From contig CAVSBT010000032.1 of NCBI GenBank assembly GCA_963726245.1, positions 1 to 29,662 of the forward strand: a DNA stretch of 29,662 bases, given 5' to 3'. The notes under the pieces were generated by a model. That model was given only the letters and a program-made list of their open reading frames with translations. It had not been told where the DNA came from and did not search any database. This document shows, one piece after another, positions 9,931-19,784 of this stretch; positions within the stretch are counted from its first letter, which is position 1, and every line of letters starts with the position of its first letter. The position numbers and the translations under genes were made by a program. The DNA is from an uncultured Chloroflexia bacterium (GTDB taxonomy: Bacteria > Chloroflexota > Dehalococcoidia > DSTF01 > JALHUB01).

Positions 9931-11388
9931 CTACAGGCGGCCGCGGTACGCCCGCCGGTGGTGCGAGGCGGCGCCGGTGCGGTAAGCGGCGTTGGCCACC
10001 TCTCGCGCTACGGCCCGCTGCACCGATTTGTTGAAGACGCTGGGGATGATGTACTCCTCGTGCAGCTCGTTCCTGGAGACGCCAGACGCTATAGCCTGGG
10101 CGGCGGCCACCTTCATCTCCTCGTTGATCTCGTGGGCGTGAACGTCCAGCAGGCCGCGGAAGAAGCCTGGGAAGCAAAGGACGTTATTGATCTGGTTCGG
10201 GTAGTCGGAGCGTCCGGTAGCCATGACGCGGACGTAGGGCAGGGCCTCCTCGGGGTCAATCTCCGGGTCTGGGTTCGCCATGGCGAAGACGATGGGGTCA
10301 CGGTTCATCTTCTTGACGTCGTCGGCGCTGATGACGTTGGGCCCCGACAGGCCGATGAACAGGTCGGCGCCCTCCATGGCATCGTGGACGGTGCCGCGGA
10401 GGCTGCGGGTGTTGGTGACCTCGGCGAGCCACTCCTTAGCCCGGTTCATCCCTTCCTTGCGGCCCTTGTAGACGATGCCGTTTCGATCGCACCCCACGAT
10501 ATCGCTGACGCCGACAGAGAGGAGCATCTTGGCACAGGCGATACCGCTCGCTCCCGCCCCGGAGACCACCACGCGCAGGTCCTCTATGTTCTTGCGCACG
10601 ATCTTGAGGGCGTTGAGGAGGCCGGCCAGGACCACCACCGCCGTGCCGTGCTGATCGTCGTGGAAGACGGGGATGTCCAGCTCTTGCTTGAGCCGGTCCT
10701 CGATATCGAAGCAGCGGGGAGCGGAGATGTCCTCCAGGTTGATGCCGCCGAAGACGGGGGCGATGAGCTTGACACAGCGCACGATGTCGTCCGGGTCCTT
10801 GCTGGCCAGGCAAACCGGCCAGGCGTCGACGCCGCCGAATTCCTTGAACAGCATAGCCTTGCCCTCCATGACGGGGAGGGCTGCCTCCGGCCCAATGTCA
10901 CCCAGGCCGAGCACCGCCGTTCCGTCGGTCACCACCGCCACCGTGTTGCGTTTGATGGTCAGCGCCCACACAGAGTTGGGATCATCGTGTATGGCCATCG
11001 AGACTCGGGCCACGCCCGGGGTGTAGGCCATCGAGAGGTCGCTGCGGGTCTTTATGGGTACTCGCGGGCTGACCTCGATCTTGCCGCCCAGGTGCATGAG
11101 GAAGACCGGGTCGGCGACGCTGCGGATGGTCACTCCCTCTACAGCCTTCAGCCGCTCTACGATCTCGCGGCCGTGGAACTCGTCGCGGGCGGCCACGGTG
11201 ATATCGCGGGTTATGCGGTCGCGGCTTGCCTGTACGATGTCTATGGCGTCGATGTTACCCCCGGCCTCGCCGATGGCGGAGGCGATCTTGCCGAGCATGC
11301 CGGGGCTATTGGGGTACTGGGCACGAATGGTAAAGCTGTAGCCACCGCCCGTGGCTTCCTTTTCGACGACGCCCGTCCTGTGCACCAT
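9931..11388 (-). CDS. NAD(P)-dependent malic enzyme with N-terminal ACT domain
   Basis: ACT motif NSPGMLGKIASAIGEAGGNI; LSMAYTPGVA, VTDGTAVLGLGDIGP, GGINLEDI, FHDDQHGT, GAGASG, ATGRSDYPNQINN; AAAGGAG RBS before ATG 11388. Confidence 0.93.
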   Translation of the reverse strand: MVHRTGVVEKEATGGGYSFTIRAQYPNSPGMLGKIASAIGEAGGNIDAIDIVQASRDRITRDITVAARDEFHGREIVERLKAVEGVTIRSVADPVFLMHLGGKIEVSPRVPIKTRSDLSMAYTPGVARVSMAIHDDPNSVWALTIKRNTVAVVTDGTAVLGLGDIGPEAALPVMEGKAMLFKEFGGVDAWPVCLASKDPDDIVRCVKLIAPVFGGINLEDISAPRCFDIEDRLKQELDIPVFHDDQHGTAVVVLAGLLNALKIVRKNIEDLRVVVSGAGASGIACAKMLLSVGVSDIVGCDRNGIVYKGRKEGMNRAKEWLAEVTNTRSLRGTVHDAMEGADLFIGLSGPNVISADDVKKMNRDPIVFAMANPDPEIDPEEALPYVRVMATGRSDYPNQINNVLCFPGFFRGLLDVHAHEINEEMKVAAAQAIASGVSRNELHEEYIIPSVFNKSVQRAVAREVANAAYRTGAASHHRRAYRGRL

Positions 11389-11440
11389 GATGACTCCTTT
11401 CCCCCGCCGGCCCAAGGAAAGCTCCTGCTCCGATACGTCA

Positions 11441-11470
11441 ATTATAGGCGGCGACTGGCCCGGCTGCCAG
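11441..11470 (-). promoter_or_regulatory. Putative sigma70 promoter for the malic enzyme gene (CTGGCA-N18-TATAAT)
   Basis: Perfect TATAAT on the minus strand at 11446-11441 in a high-GC background. Confidence 0.5.
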
Positions 11471-11529
11471 ATACAGACACCGCAGGCCGGACGGCTGCCC
11501 GTTTGCGGGAGTCCCCTTTGTCGTCCTCA

Positions 11530-11559
11530 TTGGTTCTTAGACCCGCCAGTCTGTATACT
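11530..11559 (+). promoter_or_regulatory. Putative divergent promoter for the DUF1080 operon (TTGGTT-N18-TATACT)
   Basis: TATACT at 11554-11559, about 40 bp upstream of ATG 11598. Confidence 0.4.
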
Positions 11560-11597
11560 GGCGTCGTTGTCACCCGAGAACCCCCATCTTGCCTTTC

Positions 11598-12194
11598 ATG
11601 AGCGCTGAAGACCGCCCGTCTGCTCGTAAACAGCTCTTCAACGGCCGGGACCTAGCTGGCTGGGAGATGGTCGGCGACGGCAGCTTTGTGGTCGAGGACG
11701 GGGCGCTCAAGACCCAGGGCGGCATGGGTCTCCTCTGGTACACAGAGTCGAAGTTCGGCAATGCCACGCTGCGGGTGGTGTACCGGGTGAGCCGTGTTGA
11801 GGACAACTCCGGCGTCTTCATCCGCATCGCCGAGCCCCCGCCGGACGCCTGGTATGCCGTTCACCACGGGTACGAGGTCCAGATCCTGGCGACCGGCGAC
11901 GAGTGGCACCGCACCGGCTGCATCTACTCCATCACCCGCGCCCTTGCCGATGCCCAGAAGCCTGCTGGGGAGTGGAACGTGATGGACATCGCCATGCGAG
12001 GTGCGCGCGTGGATGTCACCCTTAACGGCGCCCTCGTCACCACCTTCGACCCGGCGCAGCCGGTGCCGCCGCGCCGCTTCGACTACGAGCCCGAGCGAGG
12101 GCCGCGGCCGGAGTACGGCTACATCGGCCTGCAAAACCACGACGCCGATTCCGTCGTGTACTTTCGAGAAGTGAGTGTGGAGGCGCTATCGTGA
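11598..12194 (+). CDS. DUF1080 / 3-keto-disaccharide hydrolase-family protein
   Basis: LFNGRDLAGW, DNSGVFIR, GYEVQI, TGCIY, GEWN and GYIGLQNHD...VYFREV are family motifs. Confidence 0.9.
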   Translation: MSAEDRPSARKQLFNGRDLAGWEMVGDGSFVVEDGALKTQGGMGLLWYTESKFGNATLRVVYRVSRVEDNSGVFIRIAEPPPDAWYAVHHGYEVQILATGDEWHRTGCIYSITRALADAQKPAGEWNVMDIAMRGARVDVTLNGALVTTFDPAQPVPPRRFDYEPERGPRPEYGYIGLQNHDADSVVYFREVSVEALS

Positions 12195-12998
12195 CGGACT
12201 CGGAAAGCGAGGCGAGCGGCCTGAAGATCTCCCTGGCAGCCTGGTCCCTGCACCGGACGTACTTCGCGCGGGAGACCGACATGCTCGGCATGGTCGAGAC
12301 CTGCGGCGACCTGGGCATCACCGGGTTCGAGCTGGTGAATACCTTCTTCCCGTCGCCCCAGTACGTCTACCTCCGCTACCTGAAGCAGAGGGCGGAGGAG
12401 CGGGGCATCGAGCTGCTGCTCATCATGTGCGACCTGGAGGGCGACCTGGGAGATGCCGAGCGGGAGAACCGCCTGCTGGCGGCCCGCAACCACCGGAAGT
12501 GGGTGGACATCGCTGCCGTGCTGGGCTGCCACGCCATCCGCTGCAACGTCCGCGGCGACGAGAGCGACCCCGACGCCATGCGCGAGCGCGCCGCCGAGGC
12601 GTTCGGCGCGCTGCTGGACTACGCCGCCGGCACCGGCGTCGATATCCTCATCGAGAATCACGGGGGGCTGTCGTCGGATGCGTCGTGGCTGCGCTCGCTG
12701 ATCGACCTGGTGGGCAGCCCGCACCTGGGCACGCTGCCTGACTTCGGCAACTTCCCCGCTGGAGTGGACCGCTACGACGCGGTGGCCAAGCTGATGCCCG
12801 TGCGCGAAGGCCGTCAGCGCCAAGTGCTACGATTTCGGCCCCGACGGCGCGGAGACGACCATCGACTTCCCTCGAATGATGGACATCGTCAAGGCTGGCG
12901 GCTACCGCGGCTACGTCGGCATCGAGTATGAGGGCGAGCGGCTGCCCGAGCGCGAGGGCATCCTGGCAGCGAAGGCGCTCCTGGAGCAACTGATTTAG
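12191..12998 (+). CDS. Sugar phosphate isomerase/epimerase (xylose-isomerase-like TIM barrel), frameshift near 12800
   Basis: KISLAAWSLHR, LGCHAIRCN, IENHGGLSS, TLPDFGNF, then SAKCYDF...GYRGYVGIEYEG in the shifted frame; GTGA overlap with the DUF1080 stop. Confidence 0.88.
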
Positions 12999-13023
12999 AC
13001 AAGTTTCTTGTGAGGTTCAAGGG

Positions 13024-14068
13024 ATGAGTGATCTGAAGATCGTCGTCGTCGGGGCGGGCTTTGCCGGGCGCGTGGTCCACCTGCCCGGGTATGCGGCCAA
13101 CTTTGTGCGGGTGGCCGCCATCTGCGACCAGGCGAAAGAGCGGGCGCAGTCGCTGGCCGACCAGTACAAAGTCCCCAAGGTCTACACCGACTGGCGGGAG
13201 ATGATCGAGCAGGAGCAGCCGGACATCGTCAGCGTCTGCCTGCCAAATGCCCTGCATCGAGAGGTGACCATCGCCGCGCTGGAGGCGGGCGCCCACGTCC
13301 TCTGCGAGAAGCCGCTGGCGACGAGCGTGGCGGAGGCGCACGAGATGTTCGACGCGGCCCGAAAGGCCGGACGCGTGCTGATGGCCGCCCAGAACTTTCG
13401 TTTTGAGCCGGCGGCGCAAGCCATCAAGCGCGTTGTCGAGAGCGGCGCTCTGGGCCAGATCTACCACGCCGAGGCTATCGCCATGCGCCGCATGGGCATC
13501 CCCACCTGGGGCGCCTTCCACCAGCGTGCCGCTCTCCGCCGGCGGCTGCCTGCTCGACATCGGCGTGCACATGCTCGACCAGACGGTCTGGCTCATGGGC
13601 AATCCCACGCCGACCAAGGTGTCGGCGGTGACGCAACAGCTATTCGGCCGGCGGCCGGAGATCGCCGCCGCCCACGGCAACGGCTACAACCCCAAGCTCT
13701 TCGACGTGGAGGACTCCGCCGTCGCCTTCGTGCGCTTCCAGGACGGCGCTTCTCTGATCCTGCGCGTCTGCTGGGCCGCCCACATCAAAGATAGCCGGTT
13801 CAGCTCGCAGCTCCTGGGCACGGAGGGCGGGGCCATCACCGATCCTCCCACCATCTACCGCCTGCGGGACGGAATGCAGGTCGACGAGGAGATCAAGAAC
13901 CTGCCCCGCTTCAGCGGCTGGGAGCGTGAGGTCGTTCACTTCCTGGCCGTCGTGCGCGGCGAGGCCGAGCCGCTGGTGAAGGAGGAGGAGACGCTCAACG
14001 TGCAGCGAATCCTCAACGCCGCCTACCGGTCGGCTGAAGAGGGGCGGGAGGTAGAGGTAGAGGCGTAG
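13024..14068 (+). CDS. Gfo/Idh/MocA-family oxidoreductase (frameshift near 13530)
   Basis: VVGAGFAG, HVLCEKP, AQNFRF, then GGCLLDIGVHMLD in the second frame. Confidence 0.9.
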
Positions 14069-14128
14069 GGGCAGGGCTGGCCCCTGCCCGGCTGTCCTCC
14101 TTGGGGCGCCCGCGAGGGGCGCCCCTAC
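14065..14128. repeat. REP-like doublet GTAG-GGGCAGGG...CCCTGCCC / GGGCGCCC...GGGCGCCC-CTAC between convergent genes
   Basis: Two 8-bp hairpins bounded by GTAG (containing the upstream stop codon) and CTAC. Confidence 0.65.
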
Positions 14129-14143
14129 CCCATCACTAGAGCC

Positions 14144-15383
14144 CTACGGCCGCCAGGTCCCCTGCGCCACCGCCGGGACGAAGCTCTCCAGTTCCGGCGC
14201 CGGGAGCTGAACCACCTGCCCTCGCTCTGCCGACAGGTAGCACGCCATCAGCACCGTCGTCACCGCGAGGCCGTCCTCCCACGTCTCGTCGGGCTGCCGG
14301 CCCTCGAGGAAAGCCCGCACCATGTGCCGGTTCTCGGCCGCGTAGCCGTAGCTGGCGGCTTCGTCCGGGACGACGGGCATCAGTCCCTGCTCCGCGTTCT
14401 GCTTCTCGACGAGGTCCTCGCCGCCCGGGCCCGTAACGCGCCGGCTGAGAAACACGGAGAGCTCGCTGTTCAGCGTATCCACCTGCATGGAGTACTCGGG
14501 GCCCAGGAGCTCGATGCGCAGCCGCAGGCCGGGACCGACGAAGCTCCACGATGTCGTCGCTTCCACCAACGCGGGGAAGCCTTCCGGCGTGCGCAGCCGG
14601 ACGGTGGCCCGGGCGAAGTCCTCGGCCGGCGCCCTGGCGTAGTCGACGGCGCCGCCCGATCTGCTCCCGGAGGATCTCTGCGTACTCCTTGCGGGTCCAC
14701 TTCAGCGACGCGATCTGGGCGTTGACATCGGTGACGGTCAGCGCGTCGCGAGGCTCGCCGGGCGCTGTCAGCAGGAAGCGAGCCGCCTCGTAGCTGTGGC
14801 AGAGCATGTCGTTGAGCACGCCGCCGCCCTGTCGAGAGCCGAGCCAGAACCAGGGCATGTGAGGGCCGCTGTGCTCTTCGGCGGCGCGGGCCAGGTAGGG
14901 CCGCCCGGCGATGGCCGCCGCCCGCCGCCAGATGATCTCCTTGCCCCGGGCGAGAGCGGGGGCGAAGACCTGGTTCTCCAGATAGCCATGCAGCAGTCCC
15001 GCGCGCTGCACGAGCTCAAGCATGCGCTTCGCTTCGGCGACGGTGCGGGCGAGCGGCTTCTCGCAGGCGACGCCGATGAGGCTCGCTCCACGCTCCACTG
15101 CATCGACGATCTCCTCCACCACGGCGACGCGGGTGTCGTTCGGCGAGCAGATCCACAGGGCATCGACCGCGGGGTCAGCCGCCATCTCGGCGATGCTTCG
15201 GAACACCTTCGGCGATCCCACGCCGAGCTGCTTCGCCAGGGTGGCGGCGGCCTCGGCGTGCTCTCGTGTCGGGCTCGTCACCCCCGCCACGTCCGCGTCG
15301 CGCACGCCTACGAGGCTCCGAATATGGAACTGGGAGACAAAGCCGGAGCCAATGAGACCGATACCCAGACGTTCCTTCGTCAT
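14144..15383 (-). CDS. Gfo/Idh/MocA-family oxidoreductase (frameshift near 14660)
   Basis: IGLIGSGF, ACEKPLAR, GYLENQVF, EEHSGPH, GGGVLNDMLCH; the C-terminus is in ORF 14144..14569. Confidence 0.88.
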
Positions 15384-15664
15384 GCCCAGCCTCCGAGCAC
15401 TAGTCTATGGTCCTTATGACCGGCCCTCTGCTCGGCCTCCTCGATCGCCTCTCGAAAACCGAGGAACTGTACCAGGCCCATGATGGTGTCGATGCCGGCG
15501 TTGAGGAACACCTCGATGACGTCGGCCATTCTCTGTGATGTCATGGTTTCTTTGATTTGCTTGTCTCTCGCCGCGCTGCTGTGAGAGAAGCCGAACAACG
15601 AGTTGCTGCCGACGATCATCCTTGAGACGGAAACGTCGCCGATCATCGTTCGAGGGAACGTTAT
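15380..15664 (-). pseudogene. Truncated N-terminal fragment of a conserved hypothetical (aldo/keto-reductase-like N-terminus) protein
   Basis: FPRTMIGDVSVSRMIVGSN..GFSH resembles AKR-like N-termini; GAGGAAGG RBS is followed by ATA rather than ATG; coding ends after ~85 aa. Confidence 0.45.
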
Positions 15665-15889
15665 TGAGTTACCTTCCTCAGTCGCTGCTGACCCAGCGGC
15701 CAGGGCATTGCATCGTTAAGCGCGATCGCGCTGGACTCCTGCTGGCCTGAGTCAACCTCAATCCTACCACGCTCTGTGTGAATGGGTCTCCTGTGACTCT
15801 TCTTCGGGGAGCGGCTGCAGGTTGTGGATGGCGATACCTCGCGGTATAGAGTCTCGAGAGTACCGGGGAGAGTCTTCCCCAGTGGTGGA

Positions 15890-16120
15890 CCTGTGACTTG
15901 CGGAAGCCCGGCTGCCGCTTCTCCAGGGAGGCCGTCACTGCTTCCCCAAGGCCGGCCGTCGGGTGGCCGCCGGCAGCTCCTCGGGCCTCGTGGATCATGA
16001 CCCGGCCGGTGGTTGGATCCCGGTTGTGCGCCTCAATGGCATTCCTTGCCTCGTCGTCCAGCGTGCTGCTCAGGTCGTTCCGCCTTTCGGGTCAGTTGAG
16101 CGTCACCATCTTGATTTCTC
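15890..16120 (-). pseudogene. Internally deleted enoyl-CoA hydratase remnant
   Basis: Minus strand reads IKMVTLN*PERRNDLS...RDPTTGRVMI (crotonase N-terminus with an in-frame TGA) joined to EAVTASLEKRQPGF (crotonase C-terminus). Confidence 0.6.
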
Positions 16121-16125
16121 AGCTC

Positions 16126-16191
16126 CTCTGCTTCCACGGCAGAGGGTCGCGGGCCTGCCCGCCGGCAGGCAGGTTCGACTCCAGTTCTCCA
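16126..16191 (+). pseudogene. Possible tRNA 3'-half remnant interrupted by a 20-bp palindrome
   Basis: CTCTGC-TTCCACG-GCAGAG stem/7-nt loop, GGTC, GCGGG[CCTGCCCGCCGGCAGGCAGG]TTCGACTCC, ending TCTCCA; no 5' half. Confidence 0.4.
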
Positions 16192-16404
16192 AGAAATGAC
16201 AAAGAGATCGAGGCCCGGCTTCGCCGGGCCGAGTCTGTGCCTTCAGCCCTCCTTCAGGGGGAACGCTGACGTCGCGCGAGACGCCAGCGGTGGTAACATC
16301 TGTCCAGGCCGCCAGTGGGTGGTCAAGCGAACATCATCCAGTTAGCGGGTCGCTCACCCCTGCGTTTGTCCGCGCATCCGTGCAGCGTTGAGGAGGCATT
16401 GCCC

Positions 16405-18207
16405 ATGACCGCCCGAACTCTGTCGCCGTTTGACCCGAATTACAGGGAGGCGTTCAGGGAGACGCTGCTGACGGCAGACTCGCTCATTGAAGTCAACAGC
16501 AGGCCACAGATCGGCCTTGACGGTCTCTGGAGATTCCACATCGACCCTTACGATGTCCACAGAAGGCGGGCTGCGTCTGACCCGCATTACTTCGAGCTGT
16601 TGACCAAGCCGGAGGAGGAGGCACTGCTTAACCCGCAGGCCGATTTTCCGGCCGGCGCCTGGGAGACGATCAAGGTGCCGGGCTGCTGGAACGAGGAGCG
16701 GTCGGAATTGATGCACTACGAGGGCTGCGCTCTCTACCTGAGGGAGTTTGACGGCCCGGCCTCCGGCCCGCGCTATTTCCTCTATGTGGGGGCAGCCAGC
16801 TACGAGGCCACCCTCTGGCTAAACGGGGTCTTCATTGGCAGACACGAGGGTGGGTTCACCCCCTTTTGCATCGACGTTACGCCTCACTTGCAGCCCCGAA
16901 ACGTCCTGGCGATAGTCGTCGACAACCGGCGGGAGGCGGACCGGCTGCCGGCGCTCTGGTGCGATTGGTTCAACTACGGCGGCATCTTCCGCTCTGTGCG
17001 TCTCGTCGAAGTCCCGCGGTCTCACGTAAAGCGAACCTTTCTGCGTCTGCTGCCGGGCACAGGTTTCCGACGCCTGCGCCTGGATGTGGAGACGTCAGCC
17101 GCTGAGGGCGAGCAGGTAACTCTCACCGTGCCGGCTCTCCACGTAGCAGAGAGGACTCCCGTGGATGGGCAGGGCATGGCGTCGCTGGAGCTCACTGCCG
17201 AACCAAGGCTTTGGTCGCCGGAGGAACCGTATCTGTATGAGGTCGAGGTAGCGCTGGAAAGCGGTGACCGCCTGGAGGAAAGCGTGGGCTTTCGCGAAGT
17301 GAGGGTCGAGGGTGATAGGCTGCTTCTCAATGGGCAACCGATTTTTCTCCGCGGGATCTGCGCTCACGAGGAGTTCCCGGGGCGAGGACGCGCTGCGACG
17401 GAAGAGGACACACGCCAGATGCTGGAGGCAGCGCGTGACCTGGCCTGTAACTTCGTGCGGCTCGCTCACTATCCACACCACGAGAACACCGCCCGTCTTG
17501 CCGACAGGGCGGGGCTGTTTCTCTGGGAGGAAGTCCCCGTCTACTGGCATGTCGATTTCGCGAACCCTGCGGTGTTGGCCGGCGCCCGCAACCAGCTACG
17601 CGAGCTGGTTATTCGCGATAGGAACAGGGCCAGCGTCATAATCTGGTCGATAGCGAACGAGACGCTGACGACAAGTGAACGCTTGCCGTTCTTGGAGGAG
17701 CTCGCGGCCTGCGCCCGCCAGCTCGACTCGACTCGACTGGTTTCAGCCGCCCTCCTGCCACTGCCCGATGACCCGCTCCTGCCGCACATGGACGTAGTCG
17801 CTGTGAACGAGTACTTCGGCTGGTACTACGGCCAGGTGGAGCAAGTGCAAGATCTCCTCAAGAACCTGGCGTCCTGTGGCAAGCCCATGCTGGTCTCAGA
17901 GTTCGGGGCAGACTGCGTGGCGGGCCTTCACGGCGCGGTGGACGAGATCCGAACCGAGGAGTTCCAGGCCGACTTCTATCGCCGACAGTTCGCCACCATC
18001 CTCGGGTTTCCGTCCGTAATCGGCACGTCCCCTTGGGTCCTGTATGACTTCCGGACTCCTCTGCGCCAGAACAAGTATCAGCGGGGGTACAACCGAAAGG
18101 GACTGATAGGGGAAGACCATCAGTCCCGGAAGATGGCCTTTGAGACCGTGCGTAAGATCTATCAGGGTCTGGTGAGCCGCTTCAGCGAGAAGGATGGCCG
18201 GGGCTAG
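16405..18207 (+). CDS. Glycoside hydrolase family 2, beta-glucuronidase-like
   Basis: GAGGAGG RBS; VPGCWN, HEGGFTPF, DWFNYGGIFR, GICAHEE, NFVRLAHYPH, IWSIANE (acid/base), SEFGAD (nucleophile), YNRKG (N-x-K glucuronidase motif). Confidence 0.9.
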   Translation: MTARTLSPFDPNYREAFRETLLTADSLIEVNSRPQIGLDGLWRFHIDPYDVHRRRAASDPHYFELLTKPEEEALLNPQADFPAGAWETIKVPGCWNEERSELMHYEGCALYLREFDGPASGPRYFLYVGAASYEATLWLNGVFIGRHEGGFTPFCIDVTPHLQPRNVLAIVVDNRREADRLPALWCDWFNYGGIFRSVRLVEVPRSHVKRTFLRLLPGTGFRRLRLDVETSAAEGEQVTLTVPALHVAERTPVDGQGMASLELTAEPRLWSPEEPYLYEVEVALESGDRLEESVGFREVRVEGDRLLLNGQPIFLRGICAHEEFPGRGRAATEEDTRQMLEAARDLACNFVRLAHYPHHENTARLADRAGLFLWEEVPVYWHVDFANPAVLAGARNQLRELVIRDRNRASVIIWSIANETLTTSERLPFLEELAACARQLDSTRLVSAALLPLPDDPLLPHMDVVAVNEYFGWYYGQVEQVQDLLKNLASCGKPMLVSEFGADCVAGLHGAVDEIRTEEFQADFYRRQFATILGFPSVIGTSPWVLYDFRTPLRQNKYQRGYNRKGLIGEDHQSRKMAFETVRKIYQGLVSRFSEKDGRG

Positions 18208-18238
18208 CGGCGCCGCCCGGCTCGCATGGAGAGGTGTC

Positions 18239-18685
18239 TTGAGCATCGGGTTTTTCATCGACAAAGCGCGCCAGCCGACACCTGCAGAAGTGGGCGAGGT
18301 CTTAGGAGAGAAACTGCCCCTCTGGAATGATCTCGTTCGACTCCTCTCGGGTGGATATGGCGCCGAGGGCGAGTTCAGATTCTACGGCAGGCACTATGGA
18401 TGGGCACTGAGATTCCGAAAGTCCGGGCGGGCTCTCCTATCCATGTATCCAGGTAAAGGGTTCTTCACTGTTCAAATCGTTCTCAATCCGACTCAGGCCG
18501 AAGAGGCGATGAGACTCAGGCTTGGGCAAAGGGTCAGCGGAACACTGGAGACCGCCCGCGAATACCCTGAAGGGCGGTGGCTGTACATACGGGTAGCGTC
18601 AAACCGGGACGCCCAAGACATCCAGCATCTGTTGTCGCTCAAAGCCGGGCCAATGAAGCATCGTGCCCGCGGATCCCTGGGATGA
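18239..18685 (+). CDS. DUF3788-like protein
   Basis: GAGG RBS before TTG; FYGRHYGWALRFRKSGRALLSMYP...FTVQIVL...EGRWLYI pattern. Confidence 0.7.
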   Translation: MSIGFFIDKARQPTPAEVGEVLGEKLPLWNDLVRLLSGGYGAEGEFRFYGRHYGWALRFRKSGRALLSMYPGKGFFTVQIVLNPTQAEEAMRLRLGQRVSGTLETAREYPEGRWLYIRVASNRDAQDIQHLLSLKAGPMKHRARGSLG

Positions 18686-18717
18686 TGGCCTCGACCACAT
18701 GTGCAGAAAGACGAGCT

Positions 18718-19722
18718 TTAGGTGATCACCTCATCGCTAGCGAATCGCCTTTGAGCCCGTGTCAGTATCTCCTCCGCCTCTCTCATCATTCTCGCCAGCA
18801 GTTCTTCGCAGCTAACGATATCCTGAATCAGCCCGATAGACTGGCCGACGGGAAGCGGGCTGGAATCGACGTCACCGGTTTCCCAGGCGCTCCCCTGGCG
18901 CTCGCCCAAAATGAGAGGAATGATCTCCTCGAGGCCCCCTCCTCCGGCTTCCACTTCTAGCACCTTCTCGACCTGCGCGTTTCTCATAGCCCGCATCTGA
19001 AGGTTGACGGTCTTGCATATCATGACCGTGGCATTCTCCTGCCGCCGAACCAGTTCCTGCTTGATACGAGAGTGTGCAAGACACTCAGTCGTGGCTATGA
19101 ATCTGGAAGCCATCATCACGCCCTCTGCTCCCAGGACCATGGCAGCGGCCATTCCCCTTCCATCCGCGATGCCGCCCGCAGTCACAACCGGTATACTTAC
19201 TGACTGGCAGATCCTGGGTGTTAGGAGCATCGTCGTCACGTCTTCGTGCAGGGGGTGACCGCCTTCTTCGAAGCCGGCGGCAATCACTGCATCATAGCCG
19301 GCCTGCTCAGCGTGCAAGGCGTGCTTCACTGAGCCGACCTTGTGTATTAGTGTTATCCCTGCGTCTTTCGCTTGACGAATTGGATCAGGCCCCAGGTACC
19401 TGTCTAGAGGCGCACCTGACACGTCAATGGAATTGACCTTTTCTTCGCAGCAGACCCGAAAGTAATCCTGGTGCAGCTCCTTGCCAATTCGGACCGAGGG
19501 CAGAAAAGTCAAATTCACACAGAATGGCTTGTCGGTTAGTTGCCTGGTTCTGGCGATTGCTTCGCGTAGCTCATCTCCGGAGGCGTAGTTGCCCGCTGTT
19601 AAGTCACCCAATCCGCCTGCATTGGATACCGCGGCACAAAGCTCGGGCTTAGCCAGCCACATCATCGCTCCGCAGAGAATCGGATATCTAATGCCGAATA
19701 GCTCCGTAATCCTGGTGTTCAA
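18718..19722 (-). CDS. Nitronate monooxygenase / FabK-like FMN oxidoreductase
   Basis: TRITELFGIRYPI, AAVSNAGGLG, TDKPFCVN, GFEEGGH, TAGGIADGRG, GAEGVMMASRF, GQSIGLI. Confidence 0.9.
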   Translation of the reverse strand: MNTRITELFGIRYPILCGAMMWLAKPELCAAVSNAGGLGDLTAGNYASGDELREAIARTRQLTDKPFCVNLTFLPSVRIGKELHQDYFRVCCEEKVNSIDVSGAPLDRYLGPDPIRQAKDAGITLIHKVGSVKHALHAEQAGYDAVIAAGFEEGGHPLHEDVTTMLLTPRICQSVSIPVVTAGGIADGRGMAAAMVLGAEGVMMASRFIATTECLAHSRIKQELVRRQENATVMICKTVNLQMRAMRNAQVEKVLEVEAGGGGLEEIIPLILGERQGSAWETGDVDSSPLPVGQSIGLIQDIVSCEELLARMMREAEEILTRAQRRFASDEVIT

Positions 19723-19784
19723 CGGTCCCCTCCTTGTCGATACCCGCCGCCGTGTCGGCTTGAGCGTGTTCCCTTGGCATTTCG

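Noticed and set aside
15780-15890. Cobalamin-riboswitch-like words on the minus strand (CCACTGGGGAAG, GAGTCACAGGAGACC)
   Set aside because: The 5' conserved core is missing, the upstream sequence is crotonase remnant, and there is no B12-related gene downstream.
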